Part shown: piece after piece, positions 1 through 9,684 of the stretch
Position numbering within the stretch: the first letter of the stretch is position 1
Layout of the letters: every line of letters starts with the position of its first letter
Source of the DNA: Thermodesulfobacteriota bacterium
GTDB taxonomy: Bacteria; Desulfobacterota_D; UBA1144; Nemesobacterales; UBA2774
Direction: 5' to 3'
Assembly (NCBI GenBank): GCA_041753155.1
Contig: JBGSVA010000004.1
Coordinates: forward strand, 2,883-66,882
Length of the DNA: 64,000 nt
Translations under genes and position numbers: made by a program
Notes under the pieces: model-generated
What the model was told of the DNA's origin: nothing
Database searches by the model: none
What the model saw: only the letters and a program-made list of their open reading frames with translations

Positions 1-359
1 ACATTAAAACGCATGCTGCTTAGTTAATTCATGCAGTCCCCAGGCTCATTAATCTTCCCGTCTTTTCCTATATACCATCCGGTAAGCTCGTCCATAATAT
101 GCACGTTACCGTCGCCGTCTTTATACCTAACTACAGCTATATAATCACTTCGGTTTGAATTAATAATGGGTAAGCAAATGCAGGCCCCAGACCCGCCAAT
201 GTCAATAGAATGTCAATGAAATACTAGTATATATGAGTTAAAATAAGTTAAAGTAAGGATAGAAATGACCATAAATTATTAGCATAACAGGTTATCAACA
301 TTACTATATTTATTTAATCCTGTTTAACTCACTTTAACCCTATTTGATAGGAGAATCTT

Positions 360-399
360 ATTAGAAGTCCGTTGCTCTATCCAACTGAGCTACGGGCGC
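360..399 (-). pseudogene. 5' half of tRNA-Arg(TCT), truncated just after the anticodon loop
   Basis: Minus strand reads GCGCCCGTAGCTCAGTTGGATAGAGCAACGGA-CTTCTAA-T (acceptor 5' strand, D arm, anticodon 5' stem, loop with TCT). It then continues AAGATTCTCC instead of CCGT; no T arm or acceptor 3' strand found in 1..359. Confidence 0.85.
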
Positions 400-430
400 A
401 AGTTGTGAATCTCGGAGTAAAGAATTGAAA

Positions 431-459
431 ATACTACCCAAACAGCCCCCTCTCTTCAA
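431..459 (-). promoter_or_regulatory. sigma70-type promoter of the tRNA-Arg fragment
   Basis: Minus strand TTGAAG-N17-TAGTAT, about 30 nt upstream of the tRNA 5' end. Confidence 0.55.
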
Positions 460-612
460 TAATGCAGGGGAATGATTGAAAATCGAATCCCTCCCGTCCA
501 ACCCCGTGCGATAGTAGTATCCCAATCATCGTTCGACGTTATCAGGACGCGCGGTGCGGCAAATCGCTGCAGACATATGAATATACCCGCATGGCAGAGG
601 AGTAGCGGAAGA

Positions 613-657
613 ATCGTATATGAGCACACATTGTGTGCCGCACTATGTGCGTGTGTG
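613..657. repeat. REP-like palindromic element, copy 1
   Basis: Core GCACACA-T-TGTGTGC (624..638). Reverse complement of 613..639 matches 9530..9556 at 26 of 27 nt. Confidence 0.75.
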
Positions 658-659
658 GG

Positions 660-2588
660 TTAGAAGGTGAGCTTCAGACCAGCCCTCGGGCTCACGCCCG
701 GCGCGGGGAAGCCCACGAACTGCTCGTACTCCTCGTTGAACAGGTTTTCGACGGCGACGTATGCGCTTACCCTCCCGAATGGCGTCCAGGTGAGGGCGAC
801 GTTGTAAACGTCGTAGGGGTCGAGAGTCGCGTCCCCGGTCGGTATCGAGGAATCGGGGACGCTCCCTGTGAAGACCGCGTCCAGGCTGAACTCGACGGTA
901 GGCGAAGGACTGTAGAGGAGGGAGAGCTCTCCCCACCACTTCGGGCGGTTCCTTAGCTCCTCGCCCGTGCCCTTTATATCGCTGTCGGCGTAGCTCACGC
1001 TCCCGTTAAGCTTAAGCTCGTCCCACGGGCGGACGCTGCCTATAACCTCGAACCCCTTGACCGTCACCCTGGAGCGGTTGACGAGGATAGGCGGGGGCCC
1101 TTCCTCGAAGTCTATGAGGTTCTTGAACTCGTTGTAATAGACGTTGAACTGGGCGCCGATTTTGTCATCCCATAGATTCTGGGTTATTCCGAGGTCGAGG
1201 CTCCTGCTCTCCTCCGGTACGAGGTCGGGGTTGCCCACGATAGGGTTCGCCAGGGAGAAGAAGGACGGGAGCTTGAACCCTTCCCCGAAGCTCCCCCGTA
1301 GTATGGTATCGGTCGCGGCGATTTTATAGGATACGCCCGCCCTCGGGCTGAAGGCCGGATCGAACCCTTCCGGGAAGTCCTCCCTCGCGCCGAGCACGAC
1401 GTAAAGGTTCTCTACCATGCCGAACTGTACTTCGAGATACGGGGACAATATGTATCTGCTGAGGTCGAAATCAGCGGGAAGGGGGAATTCTCCGAGCAAC
1501 GTCCCGCGGCTCGACCCGTCCTGGTATTCCGCCTCGAACCCCGCGACGATATCGAGGCCCTCGTAAGGGGAGAATGTGCTCGTAATATTCGCATCGTAGT
1601 TTTTATAATCGCTGTCTGATTCGTTGGGAGGTATGCCGAAAGGGTCGCGCTCGCCCGGCGCCACGCCCGGGGACGAGAACTTTTCTTTCGTATTGTAATA
1701 ACTCAATTTGATGCCGTACTCCCACCACAGGGCGGGGCTGTGCGTGTAATTGAGCCCAATGAGGAGCTGGTCTATGTTCCTGTCGTCCGTAGTGCGGAGC
1801 ACCGCGAATTCGGGGCCGCCGCTGTCGTCAGGGAAGCTCGTGCTGTCTATGTGCGAATACCTGAAAACGGACGTTATCTCCATATCGTCCCTGTTAAGAA
1901 ATCCCAGGTTGGCGGTCACGCTCGGGCTTTTGAACGTGCTCCCCTCCACCTGCTCCCCGTCGTCGAGCCATGAGCCCGTGACAGAGTAATCGTACCAGGG
2001 TCCCGCGCCCGAGAAACCGCCCAGGAGCTGATACTGCCCGTACCTCCCGGCCATTGCCTCGGCAGTCGCCTTCAGCTTCCCTTTTCCCTTTTTCGTGATG
2101 ATGTTGATTACGCCGCTCAGCGCGTCAGAGCCGTAGAGGGACGACATCGGGTCGCGCACGATCTCGATACGCTCGATGTTGTCGGTGCTCAAGGCCGAGA
2201 AATCGAACGACCCGCCCCGGCTGTTCGTGGGGTCGTTCACCTTCACCCCGTCGATGAGGACGAGTGTGAAGTTAGGGTCGCCGCCGCGTATATATACCGA
2301 CGTCACCCCTCCCCTGGACGCGGGCTGATCGACGTAGAGCCCGGGGACCTGTTCCAGAAGCTCGCCCACGCTCACCGCGTGGCTCGCCTCGATCTCCTCC
2401 CCGGTTATGACGGTGACGCTCCCCGTGCTCTTGCTGAGCTCGGCCGGGTACGCAGTCCCGGTTACGACGACCGGGTCGAGGGTCTCCGGGTGGGAGAGTC
2501 CGGGACTTTCCTCCTGCCCTGCAGAAGTGGCAGTATAGAGGATCAGATAGCCCCATAGTACCGTGTTGAGCAAATATTTATTTCTCAT
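660..2588 (-). CDS. TonB-dependent outer membrane receptor (BtuB-like)
   Basis: Signal peptide, TonB box-like DPVVVTG, plug motifs (YIRGG..., LVLIDGV, IERIEIVR...SSLYGSDALSGVINIITK), NPDLVPE, VENLFNE and C-terminal Phe. Confidence 0.9.
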   Translation of the reverse strand: MRNKYLLNTVLWGYLILYTATSAGQEESPGLSHPETLDPVVVTGTAYPAELSKSTGSVTVITGEEIEASHAVSVGELLEQVPGLYVDQPASRGGVTSVYIRGGDPNFTLVLIDGVKVNDPTNSRGGSFDFSALSTDNIERIEIVRDPMSSLYGSDALSGVINIITKKGKGKLKATAEAMAGRYGQYQLLGGFSGAGPWYDYSVTGSWLDDGEQVEGSTFKSPSVTANLGFLNRDDMEITSVFRYSHIDSTSFPDDSGGPEFAVLRTTDDRNIDQLLIGLNYTHSPALWWEYGIKLSYYNTKEKFSSPGVAPGERDPFGIPPNESDSDYKNYDANITSTFSPYEGLDIVAGFEAEYQDGSSRGTLLGEFPLPADFDLSRYILSPYLEVQFGMVENLYVVLGAREDFPEGFDPAFSPRAGVSYKIAATDTILRGSFGEGFKLPSFFSLANPIVGNPDLVPEESRSLDLGITQNLWDDKIGAQFNVYYNEFKNLIDFEEGPPPILVNRSRVTVKGFEVIGSVRPWDELKLNGSVSYADSDIKGTGEELRNRPKWWGELSLLYSPSPTVEFSLDAVFTGSVPDSSIPTGDATLDPYDVYNVALTWTPFGRVSAYVAVENLFNEEYEQFVGFPAPGVSPRAGLKLTF

Positions 2589-2749
2589 AATATCGCGATA
2601 AGCGGAGCTGCACAGGAATTCGGCAACACCGGTTACGTCCGCATGATGATATTTAGTAAACCAATATTAGTAAAGGTGCGTGCGGACGACGCGGGGAGGG
2701 TTACCGCCGCCTTATTTATATAGTATGCATCTGCATTCGAGCGGAGGAT

Positions 2750-4552
2750 CTATCTCCGCCTTTTTACAAATGTGTAGCCGCCCGCGATTACAAGGGCTAT
2801 GGCAAACCCCAGGAGAAAAGAATAGACCAGATACCGGTACCTGAGCATCGGAATCATTTTTTTGAATTCGATACGTACACGCGTCAACGGGTCGGGCGCC
2901 TCGGGAACAAGGTAAGAGGTAATCACTTCCGCTTCCTCTTCGCTCACGCCGAGATTCGGCATACCCGAATCAGGGTTATCGAATTTGGGCTCCATGATAT
3001 GGTACTTTATCCATGCTCTTACCTTCTCGATACCGTTTTTTTGCATAACGTCGGCTCTTTCTTCCCTGTAGCTTTTATAAGGTTCGGCGTCGAGCGAGTC
3101 AAGCTCCCGAACGCGGTCTCCGTACATGCCGTCGTCCAATCTTTCGCTGACCCTCGTGACGAGCTCCTCGGAATCGAGTTTCGGGCCTACTGTTCCCCAG
3201 CCTATCTCACCATAGGTATGGCAGCCGTAGCAGCCGAACTCTTCGAGGAGCATCGGCGCACTCTTATCGTTGGCTAGGGTATAACTGTGTTTTGTTTCCG
3301 GGTCGTATGACACCTTGAACACGACGCTCCTGCCGTCAGAAATGGGCAGAATAGGAACGAAGTAAAGCCCGTCCGGGCCGATTGCGAGCCCCACGAGCGA
3401 TTGCAGACCCGACCCCCTGTACCTGAGAAACCGAGAAGGCGGGCTGATAAGCTCGTTTCGCTCGAAGCTGAAATCCAGCACGTCCACACCCCGTCCCTTG
3501 ATCAATATCGGATCGTCATCGGGGCTGCCGCAGAGGGCCTGGTAGAACTTCCCCCTGTACCTTTCGGGGAAGATGCTCAGGTCCTCCGGGTAAAAATCGA
3601 GCTGCGTCACACCGATAGCAGGCACGAATACCACGTCCGCATTCGTACCTATACTCAGATCCGAACCGTCCCAGAGGTAATTACCCCCTTTGTGAACTTC
3701 GACGAACCTGTCCACGGAAGGACCGTTGTCCGCTACGAAAACGCGCCCGTCGACTATCTTGAGCCCGAAGGGATTCCTGAATCCGACCGCCCACACGTAG
3801 TTCCGCGCTTTCGTTATATCGTCGTCGACGTAATACGGGTTCGACCTTACGGGTTTCCCGTCGAGGGTCATGCGGAGAATTTTTCCGAGGAGTGAATTTT
3901 TATCCTGACTTTTTTCGTAATAATGTTCCTCGGAATGCCTTACATCGAATCCGTCGCCGACCCCCACAAAGAGATTGCCGCCGGAAACCTGACAGGGCCC
4001 TATCTGGTGGGAGGGGCTCGAGCCTTCCCTGGAGAATATGTCAGTGAACGCGGTCATCGACTGCGGCTTCAGGGAGAATGTGCCGGGAGTGGAATCGAAC
4101 CTCGCGATATTATTCCGCAGAATGTTATTCTCGTCCTGATAGACGAAAGTAACGACGACGTAGCCGTTTTCGGGATCGAGGCATATGCCCGCAAGCCCGT
4201 TCTCACCGGAGAATGAAGGGAGTTCCTGGGCGGGAGTGAATTTGAAGAAATCCTCGGCGAACGTATAAATGCTCCTGTCGTTCGTAACGACCTTCACCTT
4301 GCCTCTCAGCTCGAGGACGAAATATAACGGGTCCTTGGGGCCTTTCCCCGGATCGGGGACAAACGCTATAGCCGAGGGCAGACTGTACCCTTCGGTATCG
4401 ATACTTATATCGAAATTATCGTCGAGGGACCATTCGCTCCTCCAGTCATTACTTTCATCGGCCCATAAGCATGAAGGACGATACTGTAATAACAAAAGTA
4501 AGAAAATGAAAACCCCGGCCCGGAGAAATGTGGAGTACTCACCTGTCTTCAT
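2750..4552 (-). CDS. PQQ-dependent sugar dehydrogenase-like (GSDH) beta-propeller with c-type cytochrome and C-terminal membrane anchor
   Basis: Signal peptide; GSDH motifs LFVGVGDG, LLGKILRM, GFRNPFGL, ADNGP; heme motif CYGCH; distal MPNLG; C-terminal hydrophobic helix plus basic tail. Confidence 0.8.
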   Translation of the reverse strand: MKTGEYSTFLRAGVFIFLLLLLQYRPSCLWADESNDWRSEWSLDDNFDISIDTEGYSLPSAIAFVPDPGKGPKDPLYFVLELRGKVKVVTNDRSIYTFAEDFFKFTPAQELPSFSGENGLAGICLDPENGYVVVTFVYQDENNILRNNIARFDSTPGTFSLKPQSMTAFTDIFSREGSSPSHQIGPCQVSGGNLFVGVGDGFDVRHSEEHYYEKSQDKNSLLGKILRMTLDGKPVRSNPYYVDDDITKARNYVWAVGFRNPFGLKIVDGRVFVADNGPSVDRFVEVHKGGNYLWDGSDLSIGTNADVVFVPAIGVTQLDFYPEDLSIFPERYRGKFYQALCGSPDDDPILIKGRGVDVLDFSFERNELISPPSRFLRYRGSGLQSLVGLAIGPDGLYFVPILPISDGRSVVFKVSYDPETKHSYTLANDKSAPMLLEEFGCYGCHTYGEIGWGTVGPKLDSEELVTRVSERLDDGMYGDRVRELDSLDAEPYKSYREERADVMQKNGIEKVRAWIKYHIMEPKFDNPDSGMPNLGVSEEEAEVITSYLVPEAPDPLTRVRIEFKKMIPMLRYRYLVYSFLLGFAIALVIAGGYTFVKRRR

Positions 4553-4731
4553 CGTTTAAACGTTCATTATTATAAGGGGGTCGGGATAAAACCAGTACCG
4601 CCGCGTTATATCCGTAATCCTCCAATATCGAGATCCCTAGCCGGGATTCAATATGAACTATTCTGTCGAATGTTGCAAATAATCAAAGCCCCCGTATTCC
4701 CGGGCAGACGCTGAATCCGCCTGTCGAAGGA

Positions 4732-6594
4732 TCAACGGCGCGCTCTTTTTCGAAACACCGAATAACCGCCCAGAAGGAGGAACGACAATGAAAAACCGAG
4801 CGCGAAGGAATATACGAGATACCTGTACTTGAGCCTCGGAATAAAATTCTTCATAAACCTCATTACGCGTATATCCGCTCTGTTTTTATCGACCCTCTCC
4901 TCACTCAGGAGGAAGTCCGCGACCACCTGCGCGTTACGCTCCGTAATACCCATATTCGGCATGCGCGCATGATGGTTGTCGAACCTGGGCTCCATTATAC
5001 GGTACTTCATCCAGGTCCTGATCTTATCGAGCCCCCGCTTCTCCAGTACCTCTCTCCTGGCTTCTTTGAAGCTCCTGTAGGGTTCCCGGTCGATCTTGTC
5101 GAGCTCCCTCACAAAGTCGGAATATTCCGGTGACGTTATCCTCTCCTCTATCCTCGCAATCAAGGACGCTTTATCAAGACCCGGACCGTCTCCACCCAAT
5201 CCGTGTCCTTCAAACGTATGGCATGTGAGACAGCCGCGGTCCTTAATAAAACCGAAGACGTTCGTGACATTCTCCAGACCGAGAGGATAGCGGCTGCCCT
5301 TCTCATAACTGATTTTGAGGACGTAACTCCTTCCCGCGGCATCGGGGTAAAGCGGGAGGAAATAGAGACCGTCCGGGCCCACGGCGAGGCCGACTATCAT
5401 CTGTAAACCCTCGCCCCTGTACTTTAACAGGTAACTCGGCGGGCTGAGCATCTCGTTATCCTCGAATCCGTACCGGAGACTGACTATGCCCCTATCGGCA
5501 TCCCTTATTACTTCCGTGCTCGGGAAACCGCATAGCGTCAGATAAAACCTCCCACTGTACTCCTCGGGGAAAATCGCCGGGTCTTCGGGAAGGTAGTCGA
5601 GCTGTGTCACTCCGGTAGCAGGGGAAAAAACCTGCGCCGAATTAGACCCGATACTCCAGTTGCTCCCGTCCCAGAGGTAGTCCTCGCCTTTACGCACCTC
5701 GGTAAATCTGTCAACAGACGGGCCGTTGTCGGCAACGAACACTCGCCCGTCGACCACCTTGAGCCCGAACGGGTTCCTGAGCCCTTTTGCCCAAACGTAA
5801 TTCCTCGCTTTCCCGGCGTCGTCATCCACGTAATAGGGGTTCGACTCGAGGGGCCTCCCGTCGAGGCTCATACGGAGTATCTTTCCGAGTACGGAGTCGA
5901 TGCTCCGGCTCGTATTTGGTCCGTCCGGGTCCGCGTTATATACTGTATATCCGTCACCTACCCCTACGTAGAGCGTTTCTTTATCGACCTGGCACGGCCC
6001 TATCTGATGGGACAATCCGGTTACCGCATTATAAAAGATCTCCGTAAATGCGAGCATCGAGCTCGGGGAGAGAGAAAACGTTCCCGGCTCTGATTGGAAC
6101 CTGACTACATTGTTCCTGAGGACTTTATTATCGTCCTCATAGGCAAATGTAATAAAAACATATCCGTGAACGGGGTCGAGGCAGATACCGGCGAGCCCGG
6201 CTTCCCCGGACTGGGAGGGCAGCTCCTGAGCGGGTTCAAACCGAAAGATGTCCTCGGCGAAGGTATATACACTCCGGTCGTTTGTGACGACCTTAACCTT
6301 TCCCCTGAGCTCGGATACGAAGTAGAGGGGGTCCTTGGGCCCGCTCCCCGGTTCGGGGACGAATGCGATAGAGGTGGGGAAACTGTAGCCCTCGGTGTCT
6401 ATGACCATATCGAAATCCTCCCGGAGACCCCAATCGTTCCTCCAGTCGTGCTTTTCAGCGGCCGTGCAGGGTTGGTAGCAGGCAGCGAGTACGACGAATA
6501 AGGATGCCAAGACCCCTGCCTTATAAATTAGAGGGCTGTAGTGATTCATATAAGATATCGGTGATGCCGCAACCGGGAGTCCCCTTACCTCCAT
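4732..6594 (-). CDS. Paralogous GSDH-like dehydrogenase with cytochrome c and C-terminal anchor
   Basis: Same architecture as 2750..4552 (LYVGVGDG, VLGKILRM, GLRNPFGL, CLTCH, MPNMG, YRYLVYSF). True start may be about 15 codons downstream. Confidence 0.8.
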   Translation of the reverse strand: MEVRGLPVAASPISYMNHYSPLIYKAGVLASLFVVLAACYQPCTAAEKHDWRNDWGLREDFDMVIDTEGYSFPTSIAFVPEPGSGPKDPLYFVSELRGKVKVVTNDRSVYTFAEDIFRFEPAQELPSQSGEAGLAGICLDPVHGYVFITFAYEDDNKVLRNNVVRFQSEPGTFSLSPSSMLAFTEIFYNAVTGLSHQIGPCQVDKETLYVGVGDGYTVYNADPDGPNTSRSIDSVLGKILRMSLDGRPLESNPYYVDDDAGKARNYVWAKGLRNPFGLKVVDGRVFVADNGPSVDRFTEVRKGEDYLWDGSNWSIGSNSAQVFSPATGVTQLDYLPEDPAIFPEEYSGRFYLTLCGFPSTEVIRDADRGIVSLRYGFEDNEMLSPPSYLLKYRGEGLQMIVGLAVGPDGLYFLPLYPDAAGRSYVLKISYEKGSRYPLGLENVTNVFGFIKDRGCLTCHTFEGHGLGGDGPGLDKASLIARIEERITSPEYSDFVRELDKIDREPYRSFKEARREVLEKRGLDKIRTWMKYRIMEPRFDNHHARMPNMGITERNAQVVADFLLSEERVDKNRADIRVMRFMKNFIPRLKYRYLVYSFALGFSLSFLLLGGYSVFRKRARR

Positions 6595-6708
6595 GAATAT
6601 TAACTATATTGTAATGGCGTGTAAATCGGGGGGCTGACTGATTATACGGCCTGTCCCTCCTGCTTATGAGCGGATAAAAATGGGGGTATAATTGGCAGAG
6701 GCGGCATT

Positions 6709-7053
6709 ATGGGCGAAAAAAGAAAATCCAGGAGACTTCCCTACAGGAAGAGGATAAGGCTGGGTAAGGAGAGCCCGACATACATGGGGTACGCCGTGAA
6801 CATTTCCGAGCGCGGCCTCGAGATAGAAGCCCGAAATATATTCCCCGCCGGTACGAGGATAGTAATAAGCTTCCAGGACGAGAGCGATATTGGAAAGGAC
6901 ATCGAGGAAATACGGGTAAATGCCGTCGTCAAATGGAGCACCCGGCTGGTGGGGAGCCTGTCCGGAAAAATGGGGGTCGAGATAATCGACGACTCGGGGG
7001 AGGCCGTCAAAAACATTTACAAAGGAAAGATCAGTAAGCTTATCAAAGAGTAA
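6709..7053 (+). CDS. PilZ domain protein (putative c-di-GMP receptor)
   Basis: EKRKSRR (RxxxR) followed by NISERG (D/NxSxxG). Confidence 0.8.
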   Translation: MGEKRKSRRLPYRKRIRLGKESPTYMGYAVNISERGLEIEARNIFPAGTRIVISFQDESDIGKDIEEIRVNAVVKWSTRLVGSLSGKMGVEIIDDSGEAVKNIYKGKISKLIKE

Positions 7054-7162
7054 TGCTTCTAAATCATCGCCGACCGTTTACCCTCACCGGGCGTTTTCCA
7101 TAGATATAAGTACATTCGCTTTCGCGCTATAGCCAAAAGCCGTTTCAGGTCCCGCCTGCATC

Positions 7163-7633
7163 CTAAAACCTAGGGGCGTACGCAAGGTTCTGCAGCCAGA
7201 AATCTATCACGTACTCGATCCTCGGAAGCAGCAGCGACCGGTACTTGTCCAGGTCAGGCAGGTGCACCCAGCGGCATTCTATAATCCCCTCCCTGAACTG
7301 TGGGGCTACATCCGAATCCTCGCCGTGATAGTGGACGAGATACCAGTGGGTCTTCTTCAGATATTTTGTCTTCTCGTGCCTCGTGGTATGCCATGTGGAC
7401 ACGAGCTTCCCTTGAATAGTGAGCTTGTTCTTGTCGAGCCCGGTCTCCTCGCTTATCTCCCTGAGCGCGGTCTCGAGAGGGTCAGAGCCCATCTCGAACC
7501 TGCCCTTGGGAAGGTCCCACTTCCCGCGCTTGAATATGAGGAGGATGTGGTAGTTGTCGTTATAAACGAGCCCTCCGGCGGACCTGACACGAGGCAGGTT
7601 TAACGTATTGGCTAATGTAATATCTTCATCCAT
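7163..7633 (-). CDS. NUDIX hydrolase
   Basis: Nudix box GRFEMGSDPLETALREISEETGL; SAGGLV; WDLPKG. Confidence 0.9.
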   Translation of the reverse strand: MDEDITLANTLNLPRVRSAGGLVYNDNYHILLIFKRGKWDLPKGRFEMGSDPLETALREISEETGLDKNKLTIQGKLVSTWHTTRHEKTKYLKKTHWYLVHYHGEDSDVAPQFREGIIECRWVHLPDLDKYRSLLLPRIEYVIDFWLQNLAYAPRF

Positions 7634-8513
7634 TTTGCGGTCCCGTCAGTACGTCCTGAGCGTGGAGCTTCTGCTCGTCGGCCAGTTCTTTCAGCACTGA
7701 GTATTGTAATTTGTTGAGTCCGTCGAACGCGACTCCGCTTATCTCTATCGTATGCGTCTCCGTCACGTCCTCGCCGGTGAGGGGTACGAATTTCTTGTTC
7801 CCGTAGAGCCTGACCGTGTAGAGCATGCAAGTGAGCCTGGACGTTTTCCTCGAATTCGAGTTTATAAGCACCCACGGCGACTTCTCGGACGCCGTATGGG
7901 AGAACATCTGTTCCTTGTACTTCGTGAAAGTCTCCCATTTCTTCCGAGCATTGTAATCGTTTTCCGAGAATTTCCAAAATTTAAGAGGGTCGGTCAGGCG
8001 CTCCTGGAAACGGTAGAGCTGGTGCTCGGGATCCACGGACAGGTAAAACTTCACAAGCTTGAGGCCCCCGTCTATGAGCTCGTGCTCCCAGTCAAGCACC
8101 TTGCCTATGAAATACTCGTACTGTTTCTGCGTACAATAGCCCATTGTCGGCTCTATGAGCGCGCGGTTATACCAAGAGCGGTCGAAGAACACCACCTCGC
8201 CCGGTTCCGGCAGGTGCTGCTCGTACCTGTGGAACCAGTATTTGGACTCTTTTGGCGTCGGCACATCCAGGTCCACTATACGGTAGTACTTCGGCATGAG
8301 GTTCTGTGTAAACCTGAGTATGGTAGAACCCTTGCCCGCGGCGTCGCGGCCGTCAAAGCAAATGCACCACCTCTCCACGTTCTTGGCTATGCTCTGCTGT
8401 ATCAGGAGCAGCTCGAGCTGGAGACGCCTCTTCTCGATATAATAGTCCTTGAGGCTGATCCCCTCATACGGGGATTCGATCATTTCTACTCTGTCACCCA
8501 TAATCTTTTTCAT
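7626..8513 (-). CDS. ppk2: Polyphosphate kinase 2
   Basis: Walker A DGRDAAGKG, FDRSWYNRA, WKFS motif. Confidence 0.92.
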   Translation of the reverse strand: MKKIMGDRVEMIESPYEGISLKDYYIEKRRLQLELLLIQQSIAKNVERWCICFDGRDAAGKGSTILRFTQNLMPKYYRIVDLDVPTPKESKYWFHRYEQHLPEPGEVVFFDRSWYNRALIEPTMGYCTQKQYEYFIGKVLDWEHELIDGGLKLVKFYLSVDPEHQLYRFQERLTDPLKFWKFSENDYNARKKWETFTKYKEQMFSHTASEKSPWVLINSNSRKTSRLTCMLYTVRLYGNKKFVPLTGEDVTETHTIEISGVAFDGLNKLQYSVLKELADEQKLHAQDVLTGPQNG

Positions 8514-8880
8514 GCAGTAACTCCTCCGTATCTTCCCTGACGCCGGTCATTCCCGGAAAAAATTTTCCGAACAGGTTCCGCGAAGCGTACATATATCGAT
8601 TGCAACTCTCCCCTCGTAGTTAAATTCGGGGCGGTGAGTATGATTTAATTTACATACAGACACGGTTTAGTTTCACTTCGGCAGGTTGGATTCGCTGCGT
8701 CAATTATTATATAAAAATACACCTGTTATTTCAATTCCCATCTTGTTCATTCGCAGGCCGACACGCGCAGACCGAGCGTGACCGGCTTCACGCTTTCATC
8801 CGCCCGGGCCGCCGATAAGCCCGGCAATCCGTTGCCGAATCCGCATATAAGCAGTATCATTAGAATTATACGGGTCAATG

Positions 8881-8895
8881 TTAAGGAATCGTTAA
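8881..8895. promoter_or_regulatory. TTAA-N7-TTAA direct-repeat operator candidate
   Basis: TTAAGGAATCGTTAA, 25 nt before the 8920 start; near-identical reverse-complement copy at 52695..52709. Confidence 0.4.
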
Positions 8896-8919
8896 GACGA
8901 TACGAAAAGGAGATTCTAA

Positions 8920-9408
8920 ATGAAAAGTCTATTGGGAACGGCCGGGATTTATGTATGTTTGCTCGTGCTCGGTTCCGGTCTTACCTGTACGGTTAGCGGC
9001 GCCCTGGCCGGGGATTTCGCTCCGGCAGCCCCCGGCGGCGGGATGACGCTCCAGATAGACCCGGAGACGGAAGACCTCGATCAGGTATCGGAGCCGGTGG
9101 GTGATATATCCGAGCAGCCCGTAGGGGTACCGACTGAGCCTCTCGACGAGGTATCGGAAACGGACGACCAGGCCTCGGAAGAGATAGGCGACGACATAGC
9201 CCCCACCGAGCCGCTCGATGAGGTTTCCGAGACCGACGACCAGGCCTCAGAGGAAGTTGGCGCGGACTCAGAGACGGCCGAGCAGGCTTCCGAGATACTC
9301 CCCGCCGCTCCTGAAGGAGAGGAATATCCACTCGAAGACCAGGCGCCCGTTCAGGAAGAGATGCCTCTCGGCGACAGGGAAGCCGAGGGAAGGGGATTGG
9401 GGGAATAG
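8920..9408 (+). CDS. Secreted acidic low-complexity protein with an 18-aa duplication
   Basis: AGGAG RBS, signal peptide. PTEPLDEVSETDDQASEE is encoded twice (9130..9183, 9202..9255) with only synonymous differences. Confidence 0.75.
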   Translation: MKSLLGTAGIYVCLLVLGSGLTCTVSGALAGDFAPAAPGGGMTLQIDPETEDLDQVSEPVGDISEQPVGVPTEPLDEVSETDDQASEEIGDDIAPTEPLDEVSETDDQASEEVGADSETAEQASEILPAAPEGEEYPLEDQAPVQEEMPLGDREAEGRGLGE

Positions 9409-9409
9409 C

Positions 9410-9628
9410 GCACACACTGTGTGTTCTATGATTCTATCCATCTGCAACAGTTAATCCACCTATGGAGATGGTCTGTTCATCCTGAGCTCGTAGAGGGGTG
9501 GAATTAATCCGCTCACACACATACAGTGTGGCACACAATGTGTGCTCAGATACGATCCCACCCTTCCTCCTCAGCTCTAACTATGTTTTCATTTGTCAGC
9601 GGCGACTCGCCGCCCGCTCATCCTGAGC
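9410..9628. repeat. Cluster of REP-like elements between convergent genes
   Basis: GCACACA-n-TGTGTG(C/T) at 9410..9424 and 9531..9545; TCATCCTGAGC-type elements at 9475..9498 and 9616..9628. Confidence 0.65.
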
Positions 9629-9684
9629 AGTGAGCCGGTCGCACTCTATCAGTCCGCCAGGCTTAAATAACTAATCTGAGCGGG

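Noticed and set aside
25-165. Short minus-strand open frame (NRSDYIAVVRYKDGDG...)
   Set aside because: No convincing start codon or RBS upstream in frame; may be a remnant, not callable.
1-360. Group I intron interrupting tRNA-Arg
   Set aside because: The break lies after the whole anticodon loop rather than after a U within it, and no intron core or 3' exon is recognisable. It cannot be fully excluded because the window ends.
2589-2749. Cobalamin riboswitch upstream of the BtuB-like receptor
   Set aside because: No B12-box or conserved core seen; only a TAGTAAA direct repeat (2654..2660, 2668..2674) of unknown meaning.
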